From positions 459,302 to 523,301 of the forward strand of contig JBFWNU010000003.1 in the NCBI GenBank assembly GCA_050250895.1: a DNA stretch of 64,000 bases, read 5' to 3'. This document shows, in pieces, positions 18,869 through 28,482 of this stretch; the first letter of the stretch is position 1; every line of letters begins with the position of its first letter. This stretch comes from Vulcanimicrobiota bacterium (GTDB lineage: Bacteria > Vulcanimicrobiota > Xenobia > Xenobiales > JADMJV01). A program made the position numbers and the translations under genes. The notes below the pieces were generated by a model, which ran no database searches, was not told where the DNA came from, and saw only the letters and a list, made by a program, of their open reading frames with translations.

Positions 18869-20095
18869 CTAGTTGCTCCTGGTCGTCTCGGGCATTTCAG
18901 TGCGCAAACGCCGAGCGAGTGCCTCGGGGAAAGGGAAGCTGCCGGGCCGATAGGCGCAGTAAGGGTCCTCGTCGTGGGGGTCGCCGCTAAAAGCGAAGGC
19001 ACGCGAACGAGAACCCGCACATAGTCGTTTAAACTCGCAGGCACCACAGCGGCCCTTCAGGCGGTCGGGATCGCGGAGTTCGTGAAAGAGGGGAGCGCTT
19101 CGATAGATGTCAGCCAGGGGTTGCCGGCGCACGTTGCCGGCCGACAGGGGTAGAAACCCGCTGGGAAAGACGTCTCCTCGATGAGAGATGAACACAAACC
19201 CGTTGGCCGCGTTGATGTGCATGGGAGTCCTCTGGAGTTCCACTCGCGAAGACAGCCCCCGGGTCTTGACGATTACTTCCAGTCGAGAGTGCAGGCGTCG
19301 ATAGAGAGGGTGCAGCCCCTCAGAAGCGTCCTTCCCGTGTTCCTCAAAGATGGCCCTCTGTACTAGTACCCTTTTGAAGTGATGACCCTCGGTCGTCTTG
19401 ACGCTCAGGTAGCGCCCGCAGTCCGCCAGGAAGTGCATCACGGCCTCGCATCACGGCCTCGCATTCATCGGGCCTGAGATCCTGTTCGGCTCGGCCGCGG
19501 CCGGTGGGCACCAGGAAGAAGACGCTCCAGGTCATGGCGCCCAATTCCTTGACAAGCGCGAAGAGGTCGAATAGATCATCAAGGTTGTGGCGCGTCACCG
19601 TGCTGTTGATCTGAACCCTCAGTCCCACTTGCCGAGCCGCTCTCCATCCCTCGAGGGTGAGTTGGAACGAGCCCGACACCCACGGAATGCGTCGTGGGAG
19701 TCGGCCGTCGAACCGTCGAGGCTGAGAGAAACGGCCTTTGCGCCAGCCTGGTGAATCAACTTTAGATTGGTTTGGTTCAGCAGGGGAGTGCCCGACGGAG
19801 AGACGGCCGCCGCTAGGCCGAGCTTTGAAGCATAGCCCACCAGGTCGGTGAGATCCGACCGCTTGAACGGATCCCCGCCCGTAAAAACGACGATCGGTGA
19901 AGGTTTGCCAAAGTCGAGAATTTGCTTCAGAAGACGATGCCCCTCCTGGTTGGTCAAGGCCAGAGGGTCGTGGTTCGGCCGGGCACTAGCTCGGCAATGC
20001 CCACAGACCAGGTCGCAGGCTTGGGTTACCTCCCAGATGATCATGAAGGGCCGCTCCTGGCGAGCTGCTCGAGGATGACGAATTAGCTTTCTCAC
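18869..20095 (-). pseudogene. NirJ/AhbC-D-like (TIGR04053-type) radical SAM/SPASM gene broken by two frameshifts
   Basis: Three consecutive fragments: IWEVTQACDLVCGHC..FTGGDP / GSFQLTL..WSVFFLVPTGRG / VKTTEGHHF..CGACEFKRLCAGSR..DPYC. About 1 nt is missing near 19680 and there is a 13-bp duplication at 19435-19460. Confidence 0.85.
19435..19460. repeat. 13-bp perfect tandem duplication (GCATCACGGCCTC)x2
   Basis: Read directly; it coincides with the frame change. Confidence 0.95.
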
Positions 20096-20101
20096 CCGAG
20101 C

Positions 20102-20143
20102 AGCATGACAGGGCCAGGACGATCCGCCATTGACCTGGGTCAA
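20102..20143 (-). promoter_or_regulatory. FNR/DNR-type box TTGACCTGGGTCAA (20130-20143) with putative -10 CATGCT
   Basis: Centre 41.5 nt before GTG 20095 (MRKLIRHP...). Confidence 0.75.
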
Positions 20144-20147
20144 CCCG

Positions 20148-20441
20148 TCAATCGATGTGGTTGATCACGAGAATCATCACCGCGAAGAGAATATAGAACA
20201 ACCAAACTGGCAGGAAGAACAGTTGGGCTCCGGCGTGGGAGTCCATCAGCTTGTCTACCAGTCGCCCCTGCTCGCGGCGTAGACGGTAGCCAAGATCAAG
20301 GATAATGGAGGCCAGATAGCCCCAAAGCCCGATAAAGTCTGGGCCTTTGAAAAAGAACACCTCGCGGAGGATGGTCCAAATCACCAGGCCACCAAACACC
20401 AGGGCGATGGCGCCAAAGCCCAGAGCATTTCCGAAGATCAT
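20148..20441 (-). CDS. Small hypothetical membrane protein (about 3 TM)
   Basis: Hydrophobic 97-aa ORF that fills the gap between two regulatory boxes. Confidence 0.55.
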   Translation of the reverse strand: MIFGNALGFGAIALVFGGLVIWTILREVFFFKGPDFIGLWGYLASIILDLGYRLRREQGRLVDKLMDSHAGAQLFFLPVWLFYILFAVMILVINHID

Positions 20442-20489
20442 TCAACTGCATTCGGTGGCACGGATGCTCTCCCTGGGGGACCGGGCCGG

Positions 20490-20531
20490 TTGACCTATGT
20501 CAAGGTCGCCCCTCCGCGATAGCCCTACTCT
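20490..20531 (+). promoter_or_regulatory. FNR/DNR-type box TTGACCTATGTCAA (20490-20503) with -10 TACTCT, nos promoter
   Basis: 22-nt spacing; upstream of nosZ. Confidence 0.82.
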
Positions 20532-20582
20532 GAAGCTGCGACCCGGCCAGCAGGTCGGAGCCTTCGCAGAAGAGGAGAAGCT

Positions 20583-22604
20583 ATGAAGAAGAAAACATTC
20601 GGCTTCCACGCATCCTCCTGGATCAACACCCTGATGATCGTCATTGCCCTGGTAGCTATAGGGCTGGTGGTCTTCCGGGCCCGGCAGCATAAGACCACCC
20701 CGGCTGCGGCTGCGGGAGGAGACGTGTTGGCCGTGGCCCAGGCACGCGGGCTGACCCCGGATGATGTGCTGGCGGCCGTGAAGACATACACCCCCAGCGG
20801 CAAGCTCGATGACTACGTGATGTTCTCATCGGGCGGCCACTCTGGCCAGGTCTACGCCATCGGCTTGCCGTCGATGCGCTTGTTGAAGTCCATCGCGGTA
20901 TTTACGCCTGAACCCTGGCAGGGCTGGGGCTACGGAGCCCTCGAGTCGATGGAGACCCTGGCTGGCGGAGACTATCAAGGTAAGCCGCTGACCTGGGGCG
21001 ACACCCATCATCCCGCTCTCAGCGAGACCGACGGCGACTATGACGGCGAGTTCTTGTTCGTCAACGACAAGGGCAACGCCCGTATCGCCACCATCAGCCT
21101 CAAGGACTTCGAGACCAAGCAGATCATCAAGAACCCGCTGGTCCTCAACGACCATGGTGGAACGATGGTGACGCCCGACACCGAGTGGGTCATCGAAGGT
21201 GGCCAGTATGCGGCGCCCCTCGATGGCAACTACCAGTCGATGGACGATTACGCCGACGCCTATCGAGGCCTGGTGACCCTGTGGAAGTTCGACCGCAAGG
21301 CGGGCAAAATCGACCCGGCCCGTTCGTTTGCCATCGAGCTGCCCCCCTATTGGCAAGACCTGTTTGATGCCGGCAAGGGAGTCAGCAAAGGCTGGATCTT
21401 CGGCAACTCCTTCAACACCGAGATGTCGACCGGAGGAACCCTCGAGAAACAGCCTCCTTTCGAGGCCGGCGCCTCTCAGCGTGACATGGACTATCTCCAC
21501 ATCATTGACCTGGAGAAGGCTGTCAAAGTGGCCGAGGCTGGCCAGACCGAGACCATTCAGGGGTTCAAAGTGATTAGCCTCAAGACCGCGGTGGAAGAAG
21601 GCTTGCTCTTTTTTGCACCCGAGCCCAAGAGCCCTCACGGGGTCGATGTCACCCCCGGCGGCGAGTACATCGTCATCTCGGGCAAGCTCGACCCTCACGT
21701 TACCGTCTACAGCTTCGAGAAGATTCGCCAGGCCATCGCCGCCGGGCCCACCGAGAAGGATGCCTACGGCGTGCCGATTCTCGATTTCGACCAGGTCAAA
21801 GAGGCCCAGATCGAGGTCGGCCTCGGACCTCTCCATACCCAGTTCGACGACAAAGGCTATGCCTACACCAGTCTGTTTCTCGATAGCGCGGTGGCGCGCT
21901 GGAGCCTGGGCGGGCCCTATGCTGAAAAGCATCCCGAAGAAGGCTGGACACTGGTGGGGACCATTCCCGTCCATTACAACGTCGGTCACATCTCGTGCGC
22001 CGAGGGTGACACCGCCAGCCCCGACGGCAAGTATCTGGTCTCGATGAACAAGTGGTCGGTAGACCGCTTCGCCAACGTAGGACCGCTCTTGCCCCAGAAC
22101 TTCCAACTCATCGACATCGAGCAGCCCGGCCAAACGATGCAACTTCTCTACGACATGCCCATCGGCTTTGGCGAGCCCCACTACGCTCAGATCTGCAAGG
22201 CCGACAAGCTGCACCCCTTCGAGGTCTATCCAGAAGTCGGCTACAATCCCCACACCGGGGCCAAAGATCCGTACACCACCATGCCGGGCCAGGAGAAGGT
22301 CGTGCGCCAGGGTACTACCGTCGAGATCTGGTCGACGGTTGTGCGCAGCCACTTCACTCCTGACCGGGTCGAGGTCAAACGCGGCGAGCGGGTCATCTGG
22401 CACCTGACCAACATCGAGCAAGCCAAAGATGCCACCCACGGGTTCGCCATCGCCGGCTACAACATCAACCTCAGCCTGGAGCCGGGCGAAGCCAGCACCA
22501 TCGACTTCGTGGCCGATACCCCGGGCGTCTACCCCTTCTACTGCACCGAGTTCTGCTCCGCTCTCCACCTGGAGATGATGGGCTACCTGCTAGTCAAGCC
22601 GTAA
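20583..22604 (+). CDS. nosZ: Clade II (Sec-type) nitrous oxide reductase
   Basis: SGGHSGQ, DTHHP, DHG, SPHG, GPLH and EPH CuZ motifs; CuA motif CTEFCSALHLEM. No twin-Arg signal and no fused cytochrome c. Confidence 0.97.
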   Translation: MKKKTFGFHASSWINTLMIVIALVAIGLVVFRARQHKTTPAAAAGGDVLAVAQARGLTPDDVLAAVKTYTPSGKLDDYVMFSSGGHSGQVYAIGLPSMRLLKSIAVFTPEPWQGWGYGALESMETLAGGDYQGKPLTWGDTHHPALSETDGDYDGEFLFVNDKGNARIATISLKDFETKQIIKNPLVLNDHGGTMVTPDTEWVIEGGQYAAPLDGNYQSMDDYADAYRGLVTLWKFDRKAGKIDPARSFAIELPPYWQDLFDAGKGVSKGWIFGNSFNTEMSTGGTLEKQPPFEAGASQRDMDYLHIIDLEKAVKVAEAGQTETIQGFKVISLKTAVEEGLLFFAPEPKSPHGVDVTPGGEYIVISGKLDPHVTVYSFEKIRQAIAAGPTEKDAYGVPILDFDQVKEAQIEVGLGPLHTQFDDKGYAYTSLFLDSAVARWSLGGPYAEKHPEEGWTLVGTIPVHYNVGHISCAEGDTASPDGKYLVSMNKWSVDRFANVGPLLPQNFQLIDIEQPGQTMQLLYDMPIGFGEPHYAQICKADKLHPFEVYPEVGYNPHTGAKDPYTTMPGQEKVVRQGTTVEIWSTVVRSHFTPDRVEVKRGERVIWHLTNIEQAKDATHGFAIAGYNINLSLEPGEASTIDFVADTPGVYPFYCTEFCSALHLEMMGYLLVKP

Positions 22605-22615
22605 GGAGACCGACC

Positions 22616-23266
22616 ATGTTAGAGAAGCTCCTGGGACCTCGTGTCCCCAGCCGGGAGATGGCCCGGCACCGGGCCCGCTACCTGCTGCCGACGCTTCTCC
22701 TGTTGCTGGCCAGCGGGATGCTGCTGGGCTCTACCCGGCTGCCGTACTGGCGAATGGAATTGCAAGCCCCGCAGTATCCTGGCGGCCTGGCCGTGACCGT
22801 GTTCGTCGACCACACCGAAGGCGACGTCAAGGAGATCGACGGCCTCAACCACTACATCGGTATGCGTCCTCTCGACGAGGCGGCCCGTCTCGAGCGAGAG
22901 CTAGGGCTAGAGGCCATCATGGCCATGGCGCTGCTGGTCTTGCTGGCGACCTTACTGCACAACCGACTGGCCGTGCTGATGACCGTCCCCGGGCTGCTGT
23001 TTCCGGCCATCTTCCTGGCCGACCTTGGCTGGTGGCTGTGGTACTTCGGTACCCACCTCGACCCGCACGCTCCACTGAGCAGTTCTATCAAGCCGTTCGT
23101 GCCCCCGGTGCTGGGGGCAGGCAAAGTGGGACAGTTTCAGACGGTGGCCACTCCCGAGACGGGCCTGTGGCTGGCCATGCTCGCCTCGCTGGTGATGGTG
23201 ACCGGACTCTACTTTCACTGGCGGGCCTACCGGCCGCTCTGTCGACGACAGGAGAACCCAGCATGA
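22616..23266 (+). CDS. nosB: NosB-type membrane protein of clade II nos clusters
   Basis: PYWRMELQAPQYPGGL...EIDGLNHYIGM; 4 TM; follows nosZ. Confidence 0.85.
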   Translation: MLEKLLGPRVPSREMARHRARYLLPTLLLLLASGMLLGSTRLPYWRMELQAPQYPGGLAVTVFVDHTEGDVKEIDGLNHYIGMRPLDEAARLERELGLEAIMAMALLVLLATLLHNRLAVLMTVPGLLFPAIFLADLGWWLWYFGTHLDPHAPLSSSIKPFVPPVLGAGKVGQFQTVATPETGLWLAMLASLVMVTGLYFHWRAYRPLCRRQENPA

Positions 23267-25533
23267 GAACGACCTTGCTACTCATCTTACTAGCTCTTCC
23301 GGTCTGGCCCTCGCCGGTCGTGGTGGTCAACCCGTCCGACGATCTGGCGGCCGCCCTGGCCGGGGCTCCTCCGGGAGCCCGGGTCGAGGTTCGCGGAGGA
23401 ATTCACCCTGGCAACTTTCGCCTCGACCGTCCGGTGAGGCTGGTTGGTCTGGACCGGCCGGTGCTCGACGGGCAGGGGCATGGTACGGTGGTGCGGGTCA
23501 CGGCCTCCGACGTTACGGTGACAGGCTTCGTGGTGCGCGGCAGTGGCGACTCGCTGGATGCCGAGAATTCCGGCATCGCGGTCGAAGCGCCTCGGGCCAC
23601 CATTGAGGATAACCGACTCGAGGACACTCTTTTTGGAGTCTACTTACGCAAGGCTCCGGCCAGCCTGATTCGAGCCAATCGCATCACCAGCAAAGACCTG
23701 CCTTTGCCGCGCCGGGGGGATCCCATCCGCATCTGGTATAGCAACCGGGTACGGGTCGAAGACAACCTGGTCGAGCGCGGACGCGATGTGGTGTTGTGGT
23801 ATTCCGAGCATCTCGACGTGCATCGCAATTCGGTCAAGGACGGCCGCTACGGCCTGCACTTTATGTATTGCGACGACGCCCGGGTCGAGAGCAACATTCT
23901 GCGCAACAATTCGGTGGGAGCCTTCATGATGTATAGCCGCCGGGTCCAATTGCGCCGCAACCGGATCACTGGCAATCGCGGTCCCAGCGGCTACGGGGTA
24001 GGCCTCAAGGACATGGACGACGCGGTGTTAGAGGGCAATCTGCTGGCGGATAATCGCATCGGTGCTTCCCTCGATAACTCGCCTCGCGAAATCCGCAGTA
24101 CCGCCCTCTTTCGTCGCAACCTGTTTGCCTATAACGATGTCGGCGTCAAGCTGCTGCCCTCGGCTCGTCGCACCATGTATACCGAGAACAGCTTCCTCGA
24201 CAACCAGGAGCAAGTGCGTGTCGACGGTGGCGGCCGGCTTGAAGACAATTGCTGGGCTGTCGGCGGGCGCGGCAACTATTGGAGTGACTATCACGGCTTC
24301 GACCGCGACGGGGACGGTCTGGGTGATCTGCCCTATCGTTCCGAGAGGCTGTTCGAAGACCTGACTACAGCCCACCCCAGCTTGCGCCTGTTTCTGATGA
24401 GTCCGGCCAGCCAGGCCATCGATTTCGCGGCCAAAGCCTTTCCGGTGGTCAAGCCGGTCCCTAAACTGGCCGACGCCAGCCCGATGATGGAGCCGGTCTG
24501 GCCCGAGGTGCCGTCGGCGCAAGCCCAAGCGCCCGAGCGACTGGCTCTGGCCGGAGCCGGCCTGTTACTCAGCGGGCTGCTGCTCTCGGGCCTGGGGCGG
24601 CTCAACTTCAAGTTCTCGGTCGTCAGTGACGCGACGGCCCCGCGGGTCCGCCAGATGGTGGCGATGCGAGGGGTCACCATGCGGTTTGGCCCTACCCGCG
24701 TGCTGGACGAACTGACACTTTCCCTCGAGAGCGGGGCGTCGCTGGCCCTGTGGGGCATGAATGGCGCCGGCAAGACTACGGCCATCCGCTGTCTGCTCGG
24801 GCTCTACCGCTTCGGTGGCGAGATCGTGGTGGACGGCATCGAGGTCGCCCGGGACGGCCGCCTGGCTCGCGAACGTATCGGCTTCGTGCCTCAGGAGATC
24901 TCGTTCCACGATGATCTTTCGGTCACCGAGACGCTCGACTTCTACAGCTTGCTCAGACGAGCTCCTGAAGAACGCTCCGAAGCCTTGCTGCGGCGGGTGG
25001 GCCTGGGGGACCACCGCGACAAGTTGGTGCAGCACCTCTCGGGCGGTCTCAAACAGCGGTTGGCTCTGGCCGTGGCGCTCCTGTCGGACCCGCCTTTGCT
25101 GGTGCTCGACGAGCCTACGGCCAACCTGGACAGTGTGGCTCGCGAGGGGTTTCTCGAGTTGCTGCTCGAGTTCAAAGCGGCCGGCAAGACCCTGTTGTTC
25201 ACCTCGCATCGGCCCGAAGAGATCCAGACCCTGGCCGACCGAGTGGTGGTGCTCGAGGCGGGTCGAGTGCGAGCCGATGGTAGCCCCCGAGAAGTGGCCT
25301 ATCAGCTCGGCTGGGCCGTGGCTGTCAGGTTTCGCCTCGATGACCCAGAATCGGCTGCCCGTGTGCTCGAACAGGCCGGCTACAGGGTCTGCCCCGCGCG
25401 CCAGAGTCTGGTGGTCGAGGTGCCCTATCACGATAAGGCTCGCCTCTTGCAGCACCTGTATCAGGCCGGCCTGAGCTTTGGCGACTTCGAGCTCACTCCA
25501 CTGCTAGGAAGGAATCGCGACAATGTTCTTTGA
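23263..25533 (+). CDS. nosD: NosD (beta-helix) - TM helix - NosF (ABC ATPase) fusion
   Basis: RYGLHFMY and GNYWSDYHGFDRDGDGLGD (NosD), a hydrophobic helix, then GMNGAGKTT, LSGG and LVLDEPT in one frame. ATG 23263 overlaps the nosB stop. Confidence 0.9.
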   Translation: MRTTLLLILLALPVWPSPVVVVNPSDDLAAALAGAPPGARVEVRGGIHPGNFRLDRPVRLVGLDRPVLDGQGHGTVVRVTASDVTVTGFVVRGSGDSLDAENSGIAVEAPRATIEDNRLEDTLFGVYLRKAPASLIRANRITSKDLPLPRRGDPIRIWYSNRVRVEDNLVERGRDVVLWYSEHLDVHRNSVKDGRYGLHFMYCDDARVESNILRNNSVGAFMMYSRRVQLRRNRITGNRGPSGYGVGLKDMDDAVLEGNLLADNRIGASLDNSPREIRSTALFRRNLFAYNDVGVKLLPSARRTMYTENSFLDNQEQVRVDGGGRLEDNCWAVGGRGNYWSDYHGFDRDGDGLGDLPYRSERLFEDLTTAHPSLRLFLMSPASQAIDFAAKAFPVVKPVPKLADASPMMEPVWPEVPSAQAQAPERLALAGAGLLLSGLLLSGLGRLNFKFSVVSDATAPRVRQMVAMRGVTMRFGPTRVLDELTLSLESGASLALWGMNGAGKTTAIRCLLGLYRFGGEIVVDGIEVARDGRLARERIGFVPQEISFHDDLSVTETLDFYSLLRRAPEERSEALLRRVGLGDHRDKLVQHLSGGLKQRLALAVALLSDPPLLVLDEPTANLDSVAREGFLELLLEFKAAGKTLLFTSHRPEEIQTLADRVVVLEAGRVRADGSPREVAYQLGWAVAVRFRLDDPESAARVLEQAGYRVCPARQSLVVEVPYHDKARLLQHLYQAGLSFGDFELTPLLGRNRDNVL

Positions 25534-26359
25534 TGCACGACGGGTCGGAATTCTGGCCCAGAAAGAGCTGGTGGACGCGCACCGCAATCGCTGGTTCGTG
25601 CTCTATACCCTGGGATTTGCGCTGCTGTCGCTGGCTATGGCCTGGTTTGGCCTGTCAGGGCCGGCTGCTCTCGAGGTCTCGGGCTTCGGGCGAACGGCCG
25701 CCAGTATGGTCAACCTGGTGCTGTTGGTGGTCTCCTTGATGGGTCTTTGCCTGGGAGCGCTGAGCCTGGCCGGCGAACGAGAGCGAGGCACGTTGCTCTA
25801 TCTGCTGGCCCAACCGGTGGACCAGGGAGAGGTCGTGCTGGGCAAGTTTCTGGGGCTGGCGACGGCGCTGGCTTCGACGCTCGCCCTCGGCTTTGGAGTC
25901 AGCGGCCTGGTGCTGGCACTCGGGGGCGGAGCGGGCCAGTTGAGCCAATACTTGTGGTTGACCGGGCTTTCTTTGCTGCTGGCCCTGGCCACCCTCGGAC
26001 TCGGGTTTCTCATCTCGACGCTGGCTCGCAAAGCCTCGACAGCGGTGGGATTGGCCCTGTTTTTATGGCTGGCTCTGGTCTTCCTTAGCGACCTGGGCTT
26101 GATGGGGGCCACCATCGCCTTTCATCTGCGGCCGGAGGGGCTGTTTCTGGCCACCCTGCTCAACCCGCTTCAGGTCTTCAAGACCTCGGCCGTGCTGTCT
26201 CTGCGCGGGACGCTCGAGTTACTAGGTCCGGCCGGCGAGTACGCGGCCCGCCAGTTCGGGCAGGGACTACTGCCCGTTCTGGTCGCCGCCCTGGCAGCCT
26301 GGACCATCATTCCAATGACCTGCACCGGACTGGTGCTAAGAAAGAAGGGCGCTTTATGA
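25523..26359 (+). CDS. nosY: NosY ABC permease
   Basis: GERERGTLLYLLAQP...GKF, LNP; 6 TM. Confidence 0.9.
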   Translation: MFFDARRVGILAQKELVDAHRNRWFVLYTLGFALLSLAMAWFGLSGPAALEVSGFGRTAASMVNLVLLVVSLMGLCLGALSLAGERERGTLLYLLAQPVDQGEVVLGKFLGLATALASTLALGFGVSGLVLALGGGAGQLSQYLWLTGLSLLLALATLGLGFLISTLARKASTAVGLALFLWLALVFLSDLGLMGATIAFHLRPEGLFLATLLNPLQVFKTSAVLSLRGTLELLGPAGEYAARQFGQGLLPVLVAALAAWTIIPMTCTGLVLRKKGAL

Positions 26360-26787
26360 AACGCGCATTAGCAATGACTCTACTACTTGCCCTGGCGGCC
26401 TGCGGGGCCTCGGCGGGGCCTCCCGAAATCCGTTACGGGGAGGACGCCTGCCAGGAGTGCCAGATGACCATCGACCAGGCCCGCTATGCCGCCGCCTATA
26501 GGCTCGCCAATGGCGATACGCTACGTTTCGACGACCTGGGCGACATGCTGGTGCACCTGGCGAGCACCGGCCACCGACCGACCGAGCTCTGGGTCGGCAA
26601 CTATCAGCACGACGGTTGGCTGCGGGCCGAGAAGGCCAGCTTCGTTCGCTCGTCGGCCCTCGAGACGCCGATGGGTCACGGCCTCGTCGCTCTGCCCGAC
26701 CGGCAGGCCGCGGCCGCCCTGGCGGCCACCAAAGACGGACAAGTCTTGTCCTGGCAACAGCTTCAGGACCTAGGAGGAAAACTATGA
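26356..26787 (+). CDS. nosL: NosL copper chaperone lipoprotein
   Basis: Lipobox LAAC, CQECQM, FDDLG and TPMG. Confidence 0.92.
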   Translation: MKRALAMTLLLALAACGASAGPPEIRYGEDACQECQMTIDQARYAAAYRLANGDTLRFDDLGDMLVHLASTGHRPTELWVGNYQHDGWLRAEKASFVRSSALETPMGHGLVALPDRQAAAALAATKDGQVLSWQQLQDLGGKL

Positions 26788-27185
26788 AACGACTCATCCT
26801 ATTGGCCGTGGCCGCCCTGGCGGTCGGTTGTGGCCAACCTCAAACCCCTGCTACCGCTACCGCCCCCGCCAATAGCTCGGCCGCGGCCCCGTCAGCGGCT
26901 GCCATCGACCTCGACAAGGCTGCTCAGGATTACAAGCAGTCCTGTGCGGCCTGCCACGGGCAGGACGCCAAAGGAGTGCCCAACCTCGGTAAAGACCTGG
27001 TCGACAGCGAGTTTGTAGTCAAGACCTCTGATGACGACCTGGTGGCTTTCGTGAAGAAGGGGCGCGGGACCGACGACCCGGCCAATACGTCCGGGGTGGC
27101 CATGCCTCCCAAAGGCGGCAACCCGGCTTTGCAAGACACGCAGCTTCGGGGCATTGTGGCCTATCTGAGGTCGCTGCACCCATGA
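26784..27185 (+). CDS. Monoheme cytochrome c lipoprotein
   Basis: MKRLILLAVAALAVGC, CAACH and MPPKGG. Confidence 0.92.
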   Translation: MKRLILLAVAALAVGCGQPQTPATATAPANSSAAAPSAAAIDLDKAAQDYKQSCAACHGQDAKGVPNLGKDLVDSEFVVKTSDDDLVAFVKKGRGTDDPANTSGVAMPPKGGNPALQDTQLRGIVAYLRSLHP

Positions 27186-27718
27186 TGTACGTTCAGATCG
27201 GCGCAAGTCCCGAGCACGACTTCGAGCAGCCCTTGGGGTTGCTGAGCGACTGCCATCGGCGTATCGAGCATTTTCTCGGGGTGCTGCTCAAGGTGGCTCG
27301 TGAGGCACCACCGGGCGAGACCCTGGCGGAACCGTTCCGCCGGGCGCTCGAGGTGGCCCTGACCTACTTTCGCGAGGCCGCTCCCAGACATACCCAGGAC
27401 GAAGAGGAATCGCTCTTCCCCCGGTTGCGCCGGGCAGGAGGGCAGCATCCAGCCCTGGATACCCTGGAGTCTGACCATCAAGAGGCCGAAGCCATGCACT
27501 ACCTGGTCGACGGCCTGGCTTCCCTCTGGCTGGACGCTGGGCGATTGCAGCTCGTCCAGCGGGCTTTGCTGGCGGCGACCTTGAGCAGGCTCGAACGACT
27601 CTATGCCGACCACATTCGACTGGAGGACGAGGGGTTGTTTCCCCTGGCCGCCGAGTTGCTCGATCCCGGTCAGTTGGCTGAAATCGGGCGCGAGATGGCT
27701 CAAAGACGCGGCCTCTGA
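27182..27718 (+). CDS. Hemerythrin (HHE) domain protein
   Basis: CHRRIE, HTQDEEESLFP, DH and HIRLEDEGLFP. Confidence 0.9.
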   Translation: MMYVQIGASPEHDFEQPLGLLSDCHRRIEHFLGVLLKVAREAPPGETLAEPFRRALEVALTYFREAAPRHTQDEEESLFPRLRRAGGQHPALDTLESDHQEAEAMHYLVDGLASLWLDAGRLQLVQRALLAATLSRLERLYADHIRLEDEGLFPLAAELLDPGQLAEIGREMAQRRGL

Positions 27719-27759
27719 GCCTCAGAGGGGACGGTCGGCCATGGATGGAAGGACCCTCC

Positions 27760-28434
27760 ATGGCGAATTTCGACGAGCTCAGGGACTTCCCGTTCTTTAG
27801 CGGCCTCGGTCGCGACGAACTGACCCACGTGCTGCCGGCCGTGCACCGTCGGCAGGTCGCCGCGGGCACTTTCCTGTTCCAGGCCGGTGACCCCCCGGTG
27901 GGGTTCTATCTGGTGGTCTCGGGCCGGGTGAAGGTGTTTCGCGAGTCGGCCGACGGGCAAGAGCAAGCTCTGGGCTTCTTCGGTCCAGGCGAGTCGTTTG
28001 CCGAGGCTGCCCTTTTTCAAGAGGGCTATCCAGCCTCGGCCATTACCCTCGACGACTCGGAACTGTTCCTGGTGCAGCGTGATACTTTTATCCGCCAACT
28101 AGGCGACAATCCCAGCCTGGCGCTGCGGGTGATCGTGACGCTATCGACCAAGCAGCGTCGACTGGTGCGGCTGCTCGAGGATCTCACCCTGCGCGACGCC
28201 CGGGGCCGCTTCTGTCACTATCTGGCCCAACTCCTCGACGACCATCCCCAGGCACCCGTCACGGTAGCCCTGCCCGTGGCCCAGGTCACCCTGGCCAGGC
28301 TGCTGGGCGTCACCGAAGAGACGCTCTCGCGCACCATCCGCAGTCTGCGCAAGGACGGCATCCTGGGAGCGGCCGAGAAGGGCCAGTTCGTGGTCGAAAA
28401 CGTCGAACAGCTGAAGAAGGCCTACTCGATCTGA
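27760..28434 (+). CDS. Crp/Fnr-family regulator, DNR/NnrR-like (no FNR Cys cluster)
   Basis: cNMP-like domain (FYLVVSGRVK, GPGESFAE) and HTH recognition helix ETLSR (ExxSR). Confidence 0.92.
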   Translation: MANFDELRDFPFFSGLGRDELTHVLPAVHRRQVAAGTFLFQAGDPPVGFYLVVSGRVKVFRESADGQEQALGFFGPGESFAEAALFQEGYPASAITLDDSELFLVQRDTFIRQLGDNPSLALRVIVTLSTKQRRLVRLLEDLTLRDARGRFCHYLAQLLDDHPQAPVTVALPVAQVTLARLLGVTEETLSRTIRSLRKDGILGAAEKGQFVVENVEQLKKAYSI

Positions 28435-28448
28435 TTGAGATAGATCAA
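28435..28448 (+). promoter_or_regulatory. FNR/DNR-type box TTGAGATAGATCAA before nnrS
   Basis: Centre 41.5 nt before ATG 28483; the -10 is weak (CTTCAT). Confidence 0.7.
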
Positions 28449-28482
28449 GGCCGGCCTCTCGTTTTCCTGGCTTCATGCAGGT

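Noticed and set aside
20826-22568. 580-aa antisense ORF, and similar ones at 31952-33877, 52030-53649 and 5830-7035
   Set aside because: Shadow frames of GC3-biased real genes, with no recognisable motifs.
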